This document shows, piece by piece, positions 1 through 10,054 of a DNA stretch of 64,000 bases. Every line of letters begins with the position of its first letter. Position 1 is the stretch's first letter. The DNA is from Eubacteriales bacterium. GTDB taxonomy: Bacteria > Bacillota > Clostridia > Oscillospirales > CAG-272. The stretch covers positions 25,263 to 89,262 of the forward strand of contig JAZOLZ010000037.1 in assembly GCA_045653505.1 (NCBI GenBank). The letters run 5' to 3'. The notes under the pieces were generated by a model that worked only from the letters and a program-made list of their open reading frames with translations, did not search any database and was not told the origin of the DNA. A program made the position numbers and the translations under genes.

Positions 1-98
1 TGCCGTAGTTTTTTTGCTTTTTGCGAGAATTTATGCACGGAAAGAAAAAAAGCCGCAAAAACAGGTGTTTTTACGGCTGTTGGCTAAGTGAGTTTTAC

Positions 99-314
99 TT
101 ACAGATCATCTACGTCCTGCACGGGCTTTTCATTCGGGTCGCTCGGTACTCCCGTATAGGAGCCAAAGGGGTCTGTAACTATGCTCGCCATCTCTGCCAT
201 ACGCATTGGATTATCAGTTTTATCGATAAGTGAGGCGCGGCGGCTATAGTTTTCTACACTGTTGGTTGTGTTTTTTTGTGTGTTATTTGTATTTTTGTTT
301 TCACTTTTTTTCAT
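99..314 (-). CDS. Small hypothetical protein (71 aa) with C-terminal DPxGSYTGxP...PVQDxDDL motif
   Basis: GAGGTG RBS upstream of ATG; C-terminal motif resembles small uncharacterised clostridial proteins (recalled, not searched). Confidence 0.7.
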   Translation of the reverse strand: MKKSENKNTNNTQKNTTNSVENYSRRASLIDKTDNPMRMAEMASIVTDPFGSYTGVPSDPNEKPVQDVDDL

Positions 315-404
315 TTTTTCACCTCTTTTTTATATCCAAATATAGTTTTTGAACAAGAGCCAAAAAAATACCGAAAAAATCAAGAATTTTTTTACATTTT
401 TGTC

Positions 405-433
405 TTGAAAAGCCAAAAAAAGAGGTTTATAAT
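405..433 (+). promoter_or_regulatory. SigA-type promoter of lipase gene
   Basis: TTGAAA-17 nt-TATAAT. Confidence 0.65.
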
Positions 434-453
434 TGGATTAAAGAGGTGATGTT

Positions 454-1263
454 ATGGCAACCAAGTACCCAATAATTTTAGCACACGGTATTGCTATGAA
501 GGACTTTGCATTTATCAAGGCCTTTGGCAGAATAGAAAAACTGCTGAACGATAACGGCTATACTACCGTTACCTCAAAAACAGACAGCTTTGGTACTATC
601 GAAACGAATGCGGAGCAACTTAAAAAACATATTTTTGAACTGCTCGAGGAAACCGGAAAAGAAAAGGTAAATATTATCGCACACTCAAAGGGCGGTCTTG
701 ACACAAGATATATGCTCGACTTTCTTGATATGAAGGATAAGGTAGCATCGGTTACCTTTCTTTGCACGCCGCACAAGGGCTCTGTGGTAGCCACACATAT
801 ATATAAGCTACCAAAATGGTTAAAAAAGCCCCTTAGCGGTACACTGAATATCATTTATAAGGCTTTAGGAGATGAAAAGCCCAACTCACTTGAGGTCTGC
901 AGACAACTTGCACACGAACCGAAGGGCGTGCTTGAAACACTTAAGGACTATACTGCGATACATGAGGACGCAGAGCATTATAAGAATATATTCCTGCAAA
1001 GTTATTCGACGGTGTTACATAGCGGCAAGGACGACTTTTTGATGGGTATACCCTTAAAAATATCAAGATATTACGAGGATGATCACTCAGACGGTCTTGT
1101 ATCGGTTACCTCGGCAATGTTTGCAGAATATAAGGGACATTGTATTGACGGCTCTATATCCCATAGTGAAATAGTTGACTTTGGCGGTAAAAAGAGCAAC
1201 AAACAAAGAGTTTATGCGTTTTACAAAGCGCTGTGCGAGGATCTTGCGATAAGAGGATATTAA
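454..1263 (+). CDS. Alpha/beta-hydrolase, triacylglycerol lipase/esterase family
   Basis: YPIILAHG, AHSKGG nucleophile elbow, TPHxGS, DGLVS; GAGGTG RBS; no signal peptide seen. Confidence 0.85.
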   Translation: MATKYPIILAHGIAMKDFAFIKAFGRIEKLLNDNGYTTVTSKTDSFGTIETNAEQLKKHIFELLEETGKEKVNIIAHSKGGLDTRYMLDFLDMKDKVASVTFLCTPHKGSVVATHIYKLPKWLKKPLSGTLNIIYKALGDEKPNSLEVCRQLAHEPKGVLETLKDYTAIHEDAEHYKNIFLQSYSTVLHSGKDDFLMGIPLKISRYYEDDHSDGLVSVTSAMFAEYKGHCIDGSISHSEIVDFGGKKSNKQRVYAFYKALCEDLAIRGY

Positions 1264-1290
1264 AAAAAGCGGCATTTTGCCGCTTTTTTT
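1262..1290. terminator. Bidirectional intrinsic terminator between lipase and copA
   Basis: AAAAAAAGCGGCA-TTT-TGCCGCTTTTTTT between convergent genes. Confidence 0.85.
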
Positions 1291-3739
1291 ATATCTTTGC
1301 AGGATAGCCGGCCTTTACAACGGCATCAATGAGTGTGTCAGTATCAACGTTAGTTTCAAGTTCAACTATTGCAGTGCCTGACTTATGGCTGACAAGCGCA
1401 CTCTTTACGCCATCTATAGCCTCAAGAGTCTGCTTTACGCGCGCCTCGCAGTGCGGACACATCATACCCTCTATCTTAAGAGTTACTGTCATATTTTTAT
1501 CCTCTTTTTTATTTTCATATACTTTTAACTTAAAAAGATTTAATCTTAGTGCATTTGAAACAACGCAGATTGAAGAAAGGCTCATTGCCGCAGCAGATAT
1601 CATAGGAGTGATCTCTATGCCAAATGGGATAAGTACACCTGCTGCAAGGGGAATGCAAAGGCAGTTATAGAAGAAAGCAAAGAATAGATTTTCATAGATA
1701 TTCTTAAGCGCACTTCTGCCGAGTTTTATTGCATAAGCAACATCTTTTAAGTCGTTTTTTACAAGCACAATATCGGCTGAATCAATGGCTATATCAGTAC
1801 CTCTGCCAACGGCAACACCTACGTCTGCCTCGGTAAGAGCCAGAGAGTCATTAATGCCGTCGCCGACCATGATGCACCTACCGTTTGCCTTGTACTCGTT
1901 AATAACGCGCGCCTTATCAACAGGGAGCATCTCGGCATAAAGTTTATCTATACCGACCTCCCTTGCAACAGAAAGGGCTGTGCCGGTGTTATCACCTGTA
2001 AGCATAACCGGGGTAACACCGATGTTTTTAAGATAGGATACGGTATCCTTTGCATCATCCTTTATTTCATCCTGCAAGGCTATAATTCCAAGCAAAATAC
2101 CCTCTTTTGTAAACAATAGTGGGGTTTTGCCCTCGTTTGCAAGACTCTTTAGAGTATCAATATTTTCTTGAGATATAGCGGCGTGTTCTTTAATATAATC
2201 AAGCTTACCGCCGTATATCATCTCGCCATTTACTCTGCCACTGACACCGCTGCCGACTGCAGCATAAAAGTCCTTACACTCATAAAGTTTATCTTTATTT
2301 GCAGCACTTACAATTGCCTTTGCCAGAGGATGCTCACTGCCAGCCTCAAGAGATGCTGCTAAAGTAAGCACTTCATCTTTGCTAATATCACAGCACGGTA
2401 CTATATCGGTAACTCTGAGAGCGCCCTTTGTGATAGTGCCGGTTTTATCAAACAGTACGGTTTTTGCATTGCCTATAAGTTCTATCGCCTCGCCTGTTTT
2501 ATAGAGCACGCCGTGCTTTGCTCCAACACCGCTTGCAACCATTATGGCAACGGGAGTCGCAAGACCTAAGGCACACGGGCAGCTTATTACAAGTACCGCA
2601 ATCGCGTGTGAAAGCGATACGCCTATACTCTCTTTAAGCAAGAGCCACACGATAAAGGTTATAAGGGCTATGCAGATTACTGAGGGTACAAAGTATTTTG
2701 AAACGGTATCTGCTACCCTTGCTATCGGCGCTTTTTTTGCCGTAGCGTCGCTTACCATCTTTATTATTTTTGCTAATGCCGTTGCCTCGCTTTTTACAGT
2801 TGCTTGGCATTCAATATAGCCTGTAAGGTTTACAGTACCTGCATATACGACATCGTTTACACTCTTATCGGCCGGCACGCTCTCACCTGTCAGGGCAGAC
2901 TCGTCTATACTTGCGCTACCCTTTACAATTACGGCATCGGTTGCTATATTCTCACCTACTCTGACGGTAAAAATATCACCAATTTCAATCTCGGATACAG
3001 GGACGGTTATTTCCCCGCCCTCTCTTATTACAGACGCCGTTTTGGGGCTTAAATTAATAAGACCGTTAAGGGCGCTTGTGGTCTTACCCTTTGCGTAGGA
3101 TTCAAGCATTTTACCTACGGTAATCAGAGTAAGTATCATCGCGCTTGACTCAAAGTAAAGCGAGTGTAAAATTGCGTGCGTTTCTCCCGCATCACTCTTT
3201 GTAAGCATTATAAAATACATTACAAGGCTATATATAAAGGCAACGCCCGAGCCCATGGCGACCAACGTATCCATATTGGGTGAGCCGTGAAGTACCGCCT
3301 TAAAGCCGCTTACAAAGAATTTATTATTGATAATAATAATTGAGAGAGAAAGCACTATCTCGATAAGACCTATAAGAGCACTGCTATTTGCTAAAAAGTT
3401 TGGCATTGGGGCGCCGTACATAAGGTGCCCCATTGTCACGTACATAAGAGGTAAAAGCAATACAAGAGATAAAATAAGCCTCAGCCTTACCCTTTTTGTC
3501 TCGCTATTTGCCTTACTTTCAAGTTCGCTTTGCTCATCTACACTGTATGGCTTTGCATCATATCCTGCGCCTCTTACGGCATTTATTATTATATCATCAC
3601 CAAGAGTAGTAACTACACTCATTGTATTGGTGAGTAGGTTGACAGAGCAACTCTCTACTCCCGAAAGAGAAGAAACCGCGCTCTCAACCCTTAAAGAGCA
3701 GGCAGAGCAACTCATACCGTATACAGAATATTTTTTCAT
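1289..3739 (-). CDS. copA: Cu(I)-translocating P1B-type ATPase with N- and C-terminal HMA domains
   Basis: GMSCSAC and GMMCPHC metal-binding motifs, TGES, CPC, DKTGT, SEHPL, GDGIND, YN in TM7. Confidence 0.9.
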   Translation of the reverse strand: MKKYSVYGMSCSACSLRVESAVSSLSGVESCSVNLLTNTMSVVTTLGDDIIINAVRGAGYDAKPYSVDEQSELESKANSETKRVRLRLILSLVLLLPLMYVTMGHLMYGAPMPNFLANSSALIGLIEIVLSLSIIIINNKFFVSGFKAVLHGSPNMDTLVAMGSGVAFIYSLVMYFIMLTKSDAGETHAILHSLYFESSAMILTLITVGKMLESYAKGKTTSALNGLINLSPKTASVIREGGEITVPVSEIEIGDIFTVRVGENIATDAVIVKGSASIDESALTGESVPADKSVNDVVYAGTVNLTGYIECQATVKSEATALAKIIKMVSDATAKKAPIARVADTVSKYFVPSVICIALITFIVWLLLKESIGVSLSHAIAVLVISCPCALGLATPVAIMVASGVGAKHGVLYKTGEAIELIGNAKTVLFDKTGTITKGALRVTDIVPCCDISKDEVLTLAASLEAGSEHPLAKAIVSAANKDKLYECKDFYAAVGSGVSGRVNGEMIYGGKLDYIKEHAAISQENIDTLKSLANEGKTPLLFTKEGILLGIIALQDEIKDDAKDTVSYLKNIGVTPVMLTGDNTGTALSVAREVGIDKLYAEMLPVDKARVINEYKANGRCIMVGDGINDSLALTEADVGVAVGRGTDIAIDSADIVLVKNDLKDVAYAIKLGRSALKNIYENLFFAFFYNCLCIPLAAGVLIPFGIEITPMISAAAMSLSSICVVSNALRLNLFKLKVYENKKEDKNMTVTLKIEGMMCPHCEARVKQTLEAIDGVKSALVSHKSGTAIVELETNVDTDTLIDAVVKAGYPAKI

Positions 3740-3748
3740 TTATTTTCC

Positions 3749-6151
3749 TTATTTAACTACGATATTGATAATCTTGCCGGGAACAACGATTTCCTTTATT
3801 ACAGTCTTATCAGCAATAGCGGCTGCTACCTTTTCATCAGCCTTTACGAGAGCAAGCACCTCGTCCTTATCTGCCTTGGCGGGAACAGAAATAACGCTCC
3901 TTACCTTGCCGTTTATCTGTACGGGCATAGAAATTACGTTATCAACCGTCTTTGCCTCATCATACTTAGGCCACTCGGCTATAGATACAAGACCCTTGCC
4001 GCCCATAAGCTCGTAAACCTCCTCGGCAACGTGGGGTGCGAAGGGAGAAAGAACGGTTGCGAATATCTTAAGCTCGTCCTTAGTAATCTTGCCTACCTCA
4101 TAAATGGTGTTAAGAGTAGCCATCATGCTTGCGATAGCGGTATTGAACTTCATCTGATCAATATCACTCTCTACCTTTTTGATCATCTTGTTGATAGGAC
4201 CCTCAAGCTCCTTTGTAGTACCCTCACCGCTTGCAATATCTGCAAGGTTGAGGAATCTCTCAAGGAATCTCTTACAGCCCTTTATTGACTGAGGATTCCA
4301 GGGCGCTGCCTGCTCAAAGTCACCTATAAACATCTCGTAAAGACGCATAGTATCTGCGCCGTAATCACGGATAATATCATCGGGGTTAACTACGTTACCG
4401 CGGGATTTTGACATTTTCTCGCCGTTTTCACCAAGTATCATACCGTGGCTTGTTCTCTTGCTGTAGGGCTCCTTGTAAGGAAGAATGTCGATATCGTAAA
4501 GGAACTTTGCCCAGAAACGTGAGTAAAGAAGGTGGAGTGTGGTGTGCTCCATACCGCCGTTATACCAGTCAACGGGCATCCAATACTCAAGAGCCTCTTT
4601 TGATGCAAGCTCCTTATCGTTGTGAGGATCACAGTAACGTAAGAAGTACCATGAGGATCCTGCCCACTGAGGCATTGTATCGGTCTCACGAACTGCATCG
4701 CCGCCGCACTTAGGACACTTGCAGTTTACCCAATCCCTCATAAGAGCAAGAGGAGACTCACCCGTCTCGGTAGGCTCATAACTGTCAACGTCGGGCAGTT
4801 CAAGAGGAAGTTTTTCATAAGGAACGGCAACATAACCGCACTTATCGCAGCTTACGATAGGAATAGGCTCGCCCCAATATCTCTGACGTGAGAATACCCA
4901 GTCACGGAGTTTGAAGTTTACTCTCTCCTTACCGATGCCCTTTTCCTCAAGGAATTTAATCATACTTGCCTTTGCATCCTGTACCTCAAGGCCGTTAAGG
5001 AAGCCTGAGTTTACCATCTTACCTGTCTCGGTATCGGTAAATGCAGCCTCTTCCACGTTGCCGCCCGCAACTACCTCGATAATGGGAAGTCCAAACTTCT
5101 TTGCAAAATCAAAGTCACGCTCATCGTGTGCAGGTACTGCCATGATAGCACCTGTACCGTAGCCCGCAAGAACATAGTCGGATACGAAGATAGGAATTTC
5201 CTTACCTGTTGCGGGATTGATAGCGCTGATGCCCTCGAGCATAACGCCTGTCTTTTCCTTAACAAGTTCGGTTCTCTCAAAATCGCTCTTTCTTGATGCC
5301 AATTCCTTATACTCAAGAACAGCACTGTAATTTGAGATCTTGTCCTTATGATTTTCAACAAATATATGCTCGGGCGCAATTACCATATAGGTAGCGCCAA
5401 AGAGGGTGTCGCATCTTGTTGTATATACTCTGAGATTTTCACCTGCTGTGGTAGCAAACTCGATCTCAGCACCCTTAGACTTGCCTATCCAGTTGATCTG
5501 CTGAGTCTTTACTCTCTCTATGTAGTCAAGCCCGTCAAGGTCGCTTATAAGTCTGTCTGCACACTCGGTTATCTTAAGCATCCACTGGCCCATAACCTTT
5601 CTTATAACCGCGCTCTGACATCTCTCGCAAACACCGTTTACAACCTCCTCGTTAGCAAGAACTACCTTACATGAGGTGCAGAAGTTTACTGCCATCTCCT
5701 TTTTGTAAGCAAGTCCCTTCTCAAAGAGCTTTAAGAATATCCACTGTGTCCACTTGTAGTAGTCAGCACTTGTGGTATTGATCTCTCTGTCCCAGTCAAA
5801 GGAAAGACCAAGGGCGCGAAGCTGATTTTTAAATCTTGCAACATTGCGCTCGGTTACAAGCTTGGGATGGATCTTGTTCTTGATAGCAAAGTTCTCGGTA
5901 GGAAGACCGAAAGCGTCCCAACCCATAGGGAAAAGAACGTTGTAGCCCTGCATCCTCTTTTTACGGGATACAATATCAAGAGCAGTGTAAGGACGGGGGT
6001 GTCCTACGTGAAGACCCTGTCCTGAGGGATAGGGGAACTCTACAAGAGAGTAGAATTTGGGCAGAGTAAAGTCATTCTTTGCTCTGAAGGCGTTTGCCTC
6101 ATCCCACTTTTTTTGCCATTTGGCTTCAATTTTAGAATACTCGTAATTCAT
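3749..6151 (-). CDS. leuS: Leucine--tRNA ligase
   Basis: FPYPSGxGLHVGH, [19 protein letters not shown] editing motif. Confidence 0.97.
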   Translation of the reverse strand: MNYEYSKIEAKWQKKWDEANAFRAKNDFTLPKFYSLVEFPYPSGQGLHVGHPRPYTALDIVSRKKRMQGYNVLFPMGWDAFGLPTENFAIKNKIHPKLVTERNVARFKNQLRALGLSFDWDREINTTSADYYKWTQWIFLKLFEKGLAYKKEMAVNFCTSCKVVLANEEVVNGVCERCQSAVIRKVMGQWMLKITECADRLISDLDGLDYIERVKTQQINWIGKSKGAEIEFATTAGENLRVYTTRCDTLFGATYMVIAPEHIFVENHKDKISNYSAVLEYKELASRKSDFERTELVKEKTGVMLEGISAINPATGKEIPIFVSDYVLAGYGTGAIMAVPAHDERDFDFAKKFGLPIIEVVAGGNVEEAAFTDTETGKMVNSGFLNGLEVQDAKASMIKFLEEKGIGKERVNFKLRDWVFSRQRYWGEPIPIVSCDKCGYVAVPYEKLPLELPDVDSYEPTETGESPLALMRDWVNCKCPKCGGDAVRETDTMPQWAGSSWYFLRYCDPHNDKELASKEALEYWMPVDWYNGGMEHTTLHLLYSRFWAKFLYDIDILPYKEPYSKRTSHGMILGENGEKMSKSRGNVVNPDDIIRDYGADTMRLYEMFIGDFEQAAPWNPQSIKGCKRFLERFLNLADIASGEGTTKELEGPINKMIKKVESDIDQMKFNTAIASMMATLNTIYEVGKITKDELKIFATVLSPFAPHVAEEVYELMGGKGLVSIAEWPKYDEAKTVDNVISMPVQINGKVRSVISVPAKADKDEVLALVKADEKVAAAIADKTVIKEIVVPGKIINIVVK

Positions 6152-6165
6152 CTTATCTATTTCCT

Positions 6166-6567
6166 TTAATTGTTATTACCGTATTTTTTATCTATCTCAT
6201 CATAACAGTCCTGTATATCCACAAGGCTATCGGGTGAGAAAAGTCTGTCAAGGTCGTAAAACTCTCGCGAGGGCTTATCAAAGATATTGACTATTATATC
6301 TCCAAAGTCGCAAAGTAGCCATGCTCCGCCGCTTTTACCCTCCATATGAAGTAGACTTTTACCAAGACGACAGAGTTTATCATCAACCTCATCCGCTAAG
6401 GACATAACGTGGGTTGAGGCTCTGCCGGTTGCGTTGATATAATAATCTGTCATAGGACTTTTCTCACTTACGTCATACATCTTAATATCAAGAGCTTTTC
6501 TCTCAATCAAGAGTTTAACCGCCTCTTTTGCAAACATAAGTGTACTGTTTTGTTGTTTTTTTGCCAT
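6166..6567 (-). CDS. rsfS: Ribosome silencing factor
   Basis: KAx[25 protein letters not shown]; nadD-yqeK context. Confidence 0.9.
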   Translation of the reverse strand: MAKKQQNSTLMFAKEAVKLLIERKALDIKMYDVSEKSPMTDYYINATGRASTHVMSLADEVDDKLCRLGKSLLHMEGKSGGAWLLCDFGDIIVNIFDKPSREFYDLDRLFSPDSLVDIQDCYDEIDKKYGNNN

Positions 6568-6570
6568 AGT

Positions 6571-7560
6571 TTACCTTCCTAGTATATGCATTTCCTTTAT
6601 ACTCTCCTCAGTGTACTCGGGATACTGCATATTTGGGTCATAATATATATTTTCAAATTTAATAATGCCTTTATTTACAAAAATGCCTTTACTGTCAAAG
6701 GGGCTGTGTTTAGTAAGGTATTTTGCTATCACCTCTTCAGTACCCTTTTTATTAAGACAGTAATATGAAAGTCCGGTATCATTTTCACACGCCTCGCCCG
6801 GCATGGTAATAAAGCGCTGAGTTATTGATTTGCGGTCAAGAAATATAGAAAAGAGCGATATAACCGTATCCATCTCTATATTTGTGGTTAATTTATCCTT
6901 TACCGAGCCTATCATACCTATCATATCCGAAGGTGTGCTCTCCTTGACTATGCTGTTAAAGATCGCAGACAAGAAAAGTTTTTGCGCATCAAGTCTGCCG
7001 AGATCACCCATGATATAAGACTTACGGAACCTTACAAAATGCTCTGCTATATCTCCGTTAAGGATATTCTCACCCTTATTAAGTTTGTAGGTGACGTCAC
7101 CGTCCTCGGTATATATAACTATATCCTTGGGCAGATATATCCTGATACCGCCAAGAGAGTTTACAATATCGCGAAAGGCCGATAGAGTTATGCCCATAAA
7201 GCCATCGATATTAATACCGAGATTTGCACTGAGAAGTTCTGCAAACGACTTCATAGCATCGTATTCGCTCATTCCGTCTGCACGCATAGATGCGTAATAC
7301 TGATTGATTTTATTCTGCAAAAAAGAGTGAGCCATAAAGGTATCTCTCGGTATCTGCACTACCGAAACAGCACTTTTGCCTAAATCTATATTAAGAAGAA
7401 AAATAACGTCTGTATTCTCTGCCGCATCGTCTATACCGCTGACTAAAAACGTATATTTTTTGTCCTCTGTCTTTTGAGTTTGCACATCCTCGAAAATACT
7501 GCAGGAAAAGAGGGTAAAAGACATAGCCGTTATCAATAAAAGAACAATTGCTTTTTTCAT
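6571..7560 (-). CDS. LytR-CpsA-Psr (LCP) family protein
   Basis: GID..TD, IPRDT, KINQYY, RFRK..GDLGR; N-terminal hydrophobic segment ending LFSC. Confidence 0.85.
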   Translation of the reverse strand: MKKAIVLLLITAMSFTLFSCSIFEDVQTQKTEDKKYTFLVSGIDDAAENTDVIFLLNIDLGKSAVSVVQIPRDTFMAHSFLQNKINQYYASMRADGMSEYDAMKSFAELLSANLGINIDGFMGITLSAFRDIVNSLGGIRIYLPKDIVIYTEDGDVTYKLNKGENILNGDIAEHFVRFRKSYIMGDLGRLDAQKLFLSAIFNSIVKESTPSDMIGMIGSVKDKLTTNIEMDTVISLFSIFLDRKSITQRFITMPGEACENDTGLSYYCLNKKGTEEVIAKYLTKHSPFDSKGIFVNKGIIKFENIYYDPNMQYPEYTEESIKEMHILGR

Positions 7561-7604
7561 AGAAAACCTCGCTTTTTTGCTTAGTTTTCTTTTAAAACGG
7601 CAGA

Positions 7605-8234
7605 TTAAACCTGTAACTTTTTTGACAAAAGGTCATTTTTTGCCACTAAAAGCCGACTGTTTAGCATCATATTTCTGTTATTAAGATATTCAATTGTAAA
7701 ATCGATGATTTTTAAAAGATACGTCCTTAAAACCTCATCTCTGTCTTCTTTTTCTGCATTTTCAAGAGCAGAATAAAGTTCCTTAGCGATTTGTTTACAA
7801 GCGGTGTATTCCCTGCCGTCTTCAATAAAATCGGCAATAAATATTATCGCATCAAAAATACTCATATCAGCCTTTGCCACTGTGTGGGCAAAAACAGATG
7901 AAAGTATTTTATCAGTAGCATATCCCGGAAAGAATTTTTGTAAAGCGCCGGGCGCGGCAAGCGAGTGGAGAACCGTAGGAGTTTTTATATCCTCGTCGGT
8001 AAGGATAATGCCACTTTGCCTTATTAAGGAAAGCTGTGTATCAGTATCCATCTCCTTTGCTATATCGTGAAGAAGTGCCGCACTTGAAAGTTCATATAAA
8101 TCATAGATATCAAAATATGAGCCGAGCCTTACTGCCGCCCTTTCTACCCCAAGGGTGTGCATATATCTCTTTGCGCCCATAAATTTTATGATATCATAGC
8201 GCAAAGCCTTAAGTTCGTTTTGATTATCAGTCAA
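7605..8234 (-). CDS. yqeK: HD-domain Ap4A hydrolase
   Basis: KRYxHTLGV, LLHDIAK, IFIADFIE; downstream of nadD. Confidence 0.88.
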   Translation of the reverse strand: MTDNQNELKALRYDIIKFMGAKRYMHTLGVERAAVRLGSYFDIYDLYELSSAALLHDIAKEMDTDTQLSLIRQSGIILTDEDIKTPTVLHSLAAPGALQKFFPGYATDKILSSVFAHTVAKADMSIFDAIIFIADFIEDGREYTACKQIAKELYSALENAEKEDRDEVLRTYLLKIIDFTIEYLNNRNMMLNSRLLVAKNDLLSKKLQV

Positions 8235-8841
8235 GATACAAGCCCTCTTTTCTTATATAATCGATAACGCCCTTGTCTAAAACGCCATTAAGAGGCTCAC
8301 CGTCCCTTATCATATCACGCACCCGGGTCGAAGAAAGTTCAAGCGGTGTGTAATCGATAAACTCAACCCTTATATCAAACAAAGTTTTGTACTCAGAAAG
8401 TTTTTGTTCAATAAGAAGTTCAGTTTCAGAATCATTTTCACGCCTGGCGAGGCATATTGTCGCAAGCGAGGCAATTACGTTTGGTTTATACCACCTATCA
8501 AAGGTTAAGAACATATCCGTGCCCATAAGAAAATAAAGTTCGTTATCGTCACACTTAAGTTCTGAAAGAGTATCTACGGTATAACTTTTGCCGCCTCTTT
8601 TTATCTCCATATCCGATATCTTGATGCCCGAAATACCGCCGAATGCTATAGAACACATATCAACACGCGCACTTGCATCAGCACCGCCGTCAATATCCTT
8701 GTGCGGGGGTGTAAAGGCAGGAATTATAAGAAGTTCATCAAGTTGTAGGGTCTTAAGAAAGGCCTCACAGGCGCGCTTATGACCAAGATGAGGCGGACTG
8801 AAGGTACCGCCGTATATGCCAATGCGCCTTTTTGCGCCCAT
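8227..8841 (-). CDS. nadD: Nicotinate-nucleotide adenylyltransferase
   Basis: GGTFSPPHLGH, PPHK, SYTVDTL, SSTRVR. Confidence 0.95.
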   Translation of the reverse strand: MGAKRRIGIYGGTFSPPHLGHKRACEAFLKTLQLDELLIIPAFTPPHKDIDGGADASARVDMCSIAFGGISGIKISDMEIKRGGKSYTVDTLSELKCDDNELYFLMGTDMFLTFDRWYKPNVIASLATICLARRENDSETELLIEQKLSEYKTLFDIRVEFIDYTPLELSSTRVRDMIRDGEPLNGVLDKGVIDYIRKEGLYLD

Positions 8842-9128
8842 TATATCTCTATCCTCGGCTTTTTCTCGCTTCTTTTAAAGAGAACGAATTTTGTACCGAC
8901 ACAGCTAACAACGTCAGCGCCCGTAGCCTCTGCGAGTTCGTTTGCCGCCTCTTTTGCCGTGTAGCCTGAATTTTCAAGCACTCTTGCCTTGATAAGCTCG
9001 CGTGCCTCTAGAGCGTTTGCGATCTGCTTAACAGTCTCCTCGCTTATACCGCCCTTGCCTATCTGGAAGATAGTATCGTATCCGTGCGCCATAGATCTGA
9101 GTGTGGCGCGCTGTTTACTTGTAAGCAT
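8841..9128 (-). CDS. yhbY: YhbY/CRM-domain RNA-binding protein
   Basis: LTSKQRAxLR, QIGKGG, RELIK. Confidence 0.93.
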   Translation of the reverse strand: MLTSKQRATLRSMAHGYDTIFQIGKGGISEETVKQIANALEARELIKARVLENSGYTAKEAANELAEATGADVVSCVGTKFVLFKRSEKKPRIEI

Positions 9129-9148
9129 ATTTTGTGTTTTACTCCTTT

Positions 9149-10054
9149 TTAGTCGAAAAGAGCCTTTGCAAATGCATCGGGGTCAAAGGGCTTCATATCA
9201 TCAATCTTTTCACCGACACCGATGAATTTAACCGGGATATCAAGTTCCTTTCTTATAGAAAATGCAATACCGCCCTTGGCAGTACCGTCAAGTTTGGTAA
9301 GCACAAGACCCGTAATATTTGCACTGCCCTTGAACTCCTTTGCCTGCATAACCGCATTCTGGCCTGTTGTTGCATCAAGCACAAGCAAGGTCTCGCGGTC
9401 TGCCCCGGGGAGTTCACGGTTAATTACTCTGTCAATTTTTGCAAGTTCATCCATAAGATTTTTCTTATTGTGAAGTCTGCCTGCCGTATCTACTATCAAA
9501 ACGTCGGCATTACGTGATTTTGCTGCGCTTATAGCATCAAACACAACCGATGCGGGGTCAGCGCCTGCAGCCTGCTTTATAATATCAACCCCTGCTCTCT
9601 CACACCACACGGTAAGCTGCTCTGCCGCCGCCGCTCTAAAGGTATCCGCTGCTGCAACAACAACCTTTTTACCGCTGTGCTTGAGTTCGCTTGCAATCTT
9701 ACCTATAGAGGTGGTCTTGCCAACGCCGTTTACACCGATAACAAGGATGACCGAGGGCTTGGTGCCGAGTTTAAGCGGCTCGCCCTCTCCTATAAGTTCT
9801 CTTAACTGCTTATAAAGTTCATCCTTTATAAGTTCTGCATCCTTTATGTTGTTTTCTTTTACGTAGTCACGCAGATAATCGAGGAGTTCCATAGTGGTGT
9901 TAACACCGATATCGGCCTCTATAAGAAGCTCCTCAAGTTCCTCAAAAAGTTCCTCATCTACCTTGCGGAAGTTTTTGAAAAAGTTATTTATTTTGCCAAA
10001 TACAGCGTCCTTGGTCTTTGCAAGTCCGCTTTTAAGTTTGTCAAAGAATCCCAT
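9149..10054 (-). CDS. ftsY: SRP receptor GTPase
   Basis: [31 protein letters not shown]; start placed at MGFFDKLK (10054). Confidence 0.96.
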   Translation of the reverse strand: MGFFDKLKSGLAKTKDAVFGKINNFFKNFRKVDEELFEELEELLIEADIGVNTTMELLDYLRDYVKENNIKDAELIKDELYKQLRELIGEGEPLKLGTKPSVILVIGVNGVGKTTSIGKIASELKHSGKKVVVAAADTFRAAAAEQLTVWCERAGVDIIKQAAGADPASVVFDAISAAKSRNADVLIVDTAGRLHNKKNLMDELAKIDRVINRELPGADRETLLVLDATTGQNAVMQAKEFKGSANITGLVLTKLDGTAKGGIAFSIRKELDIPVKFIGVGEKIDDMKPFDPDAFAKALFD

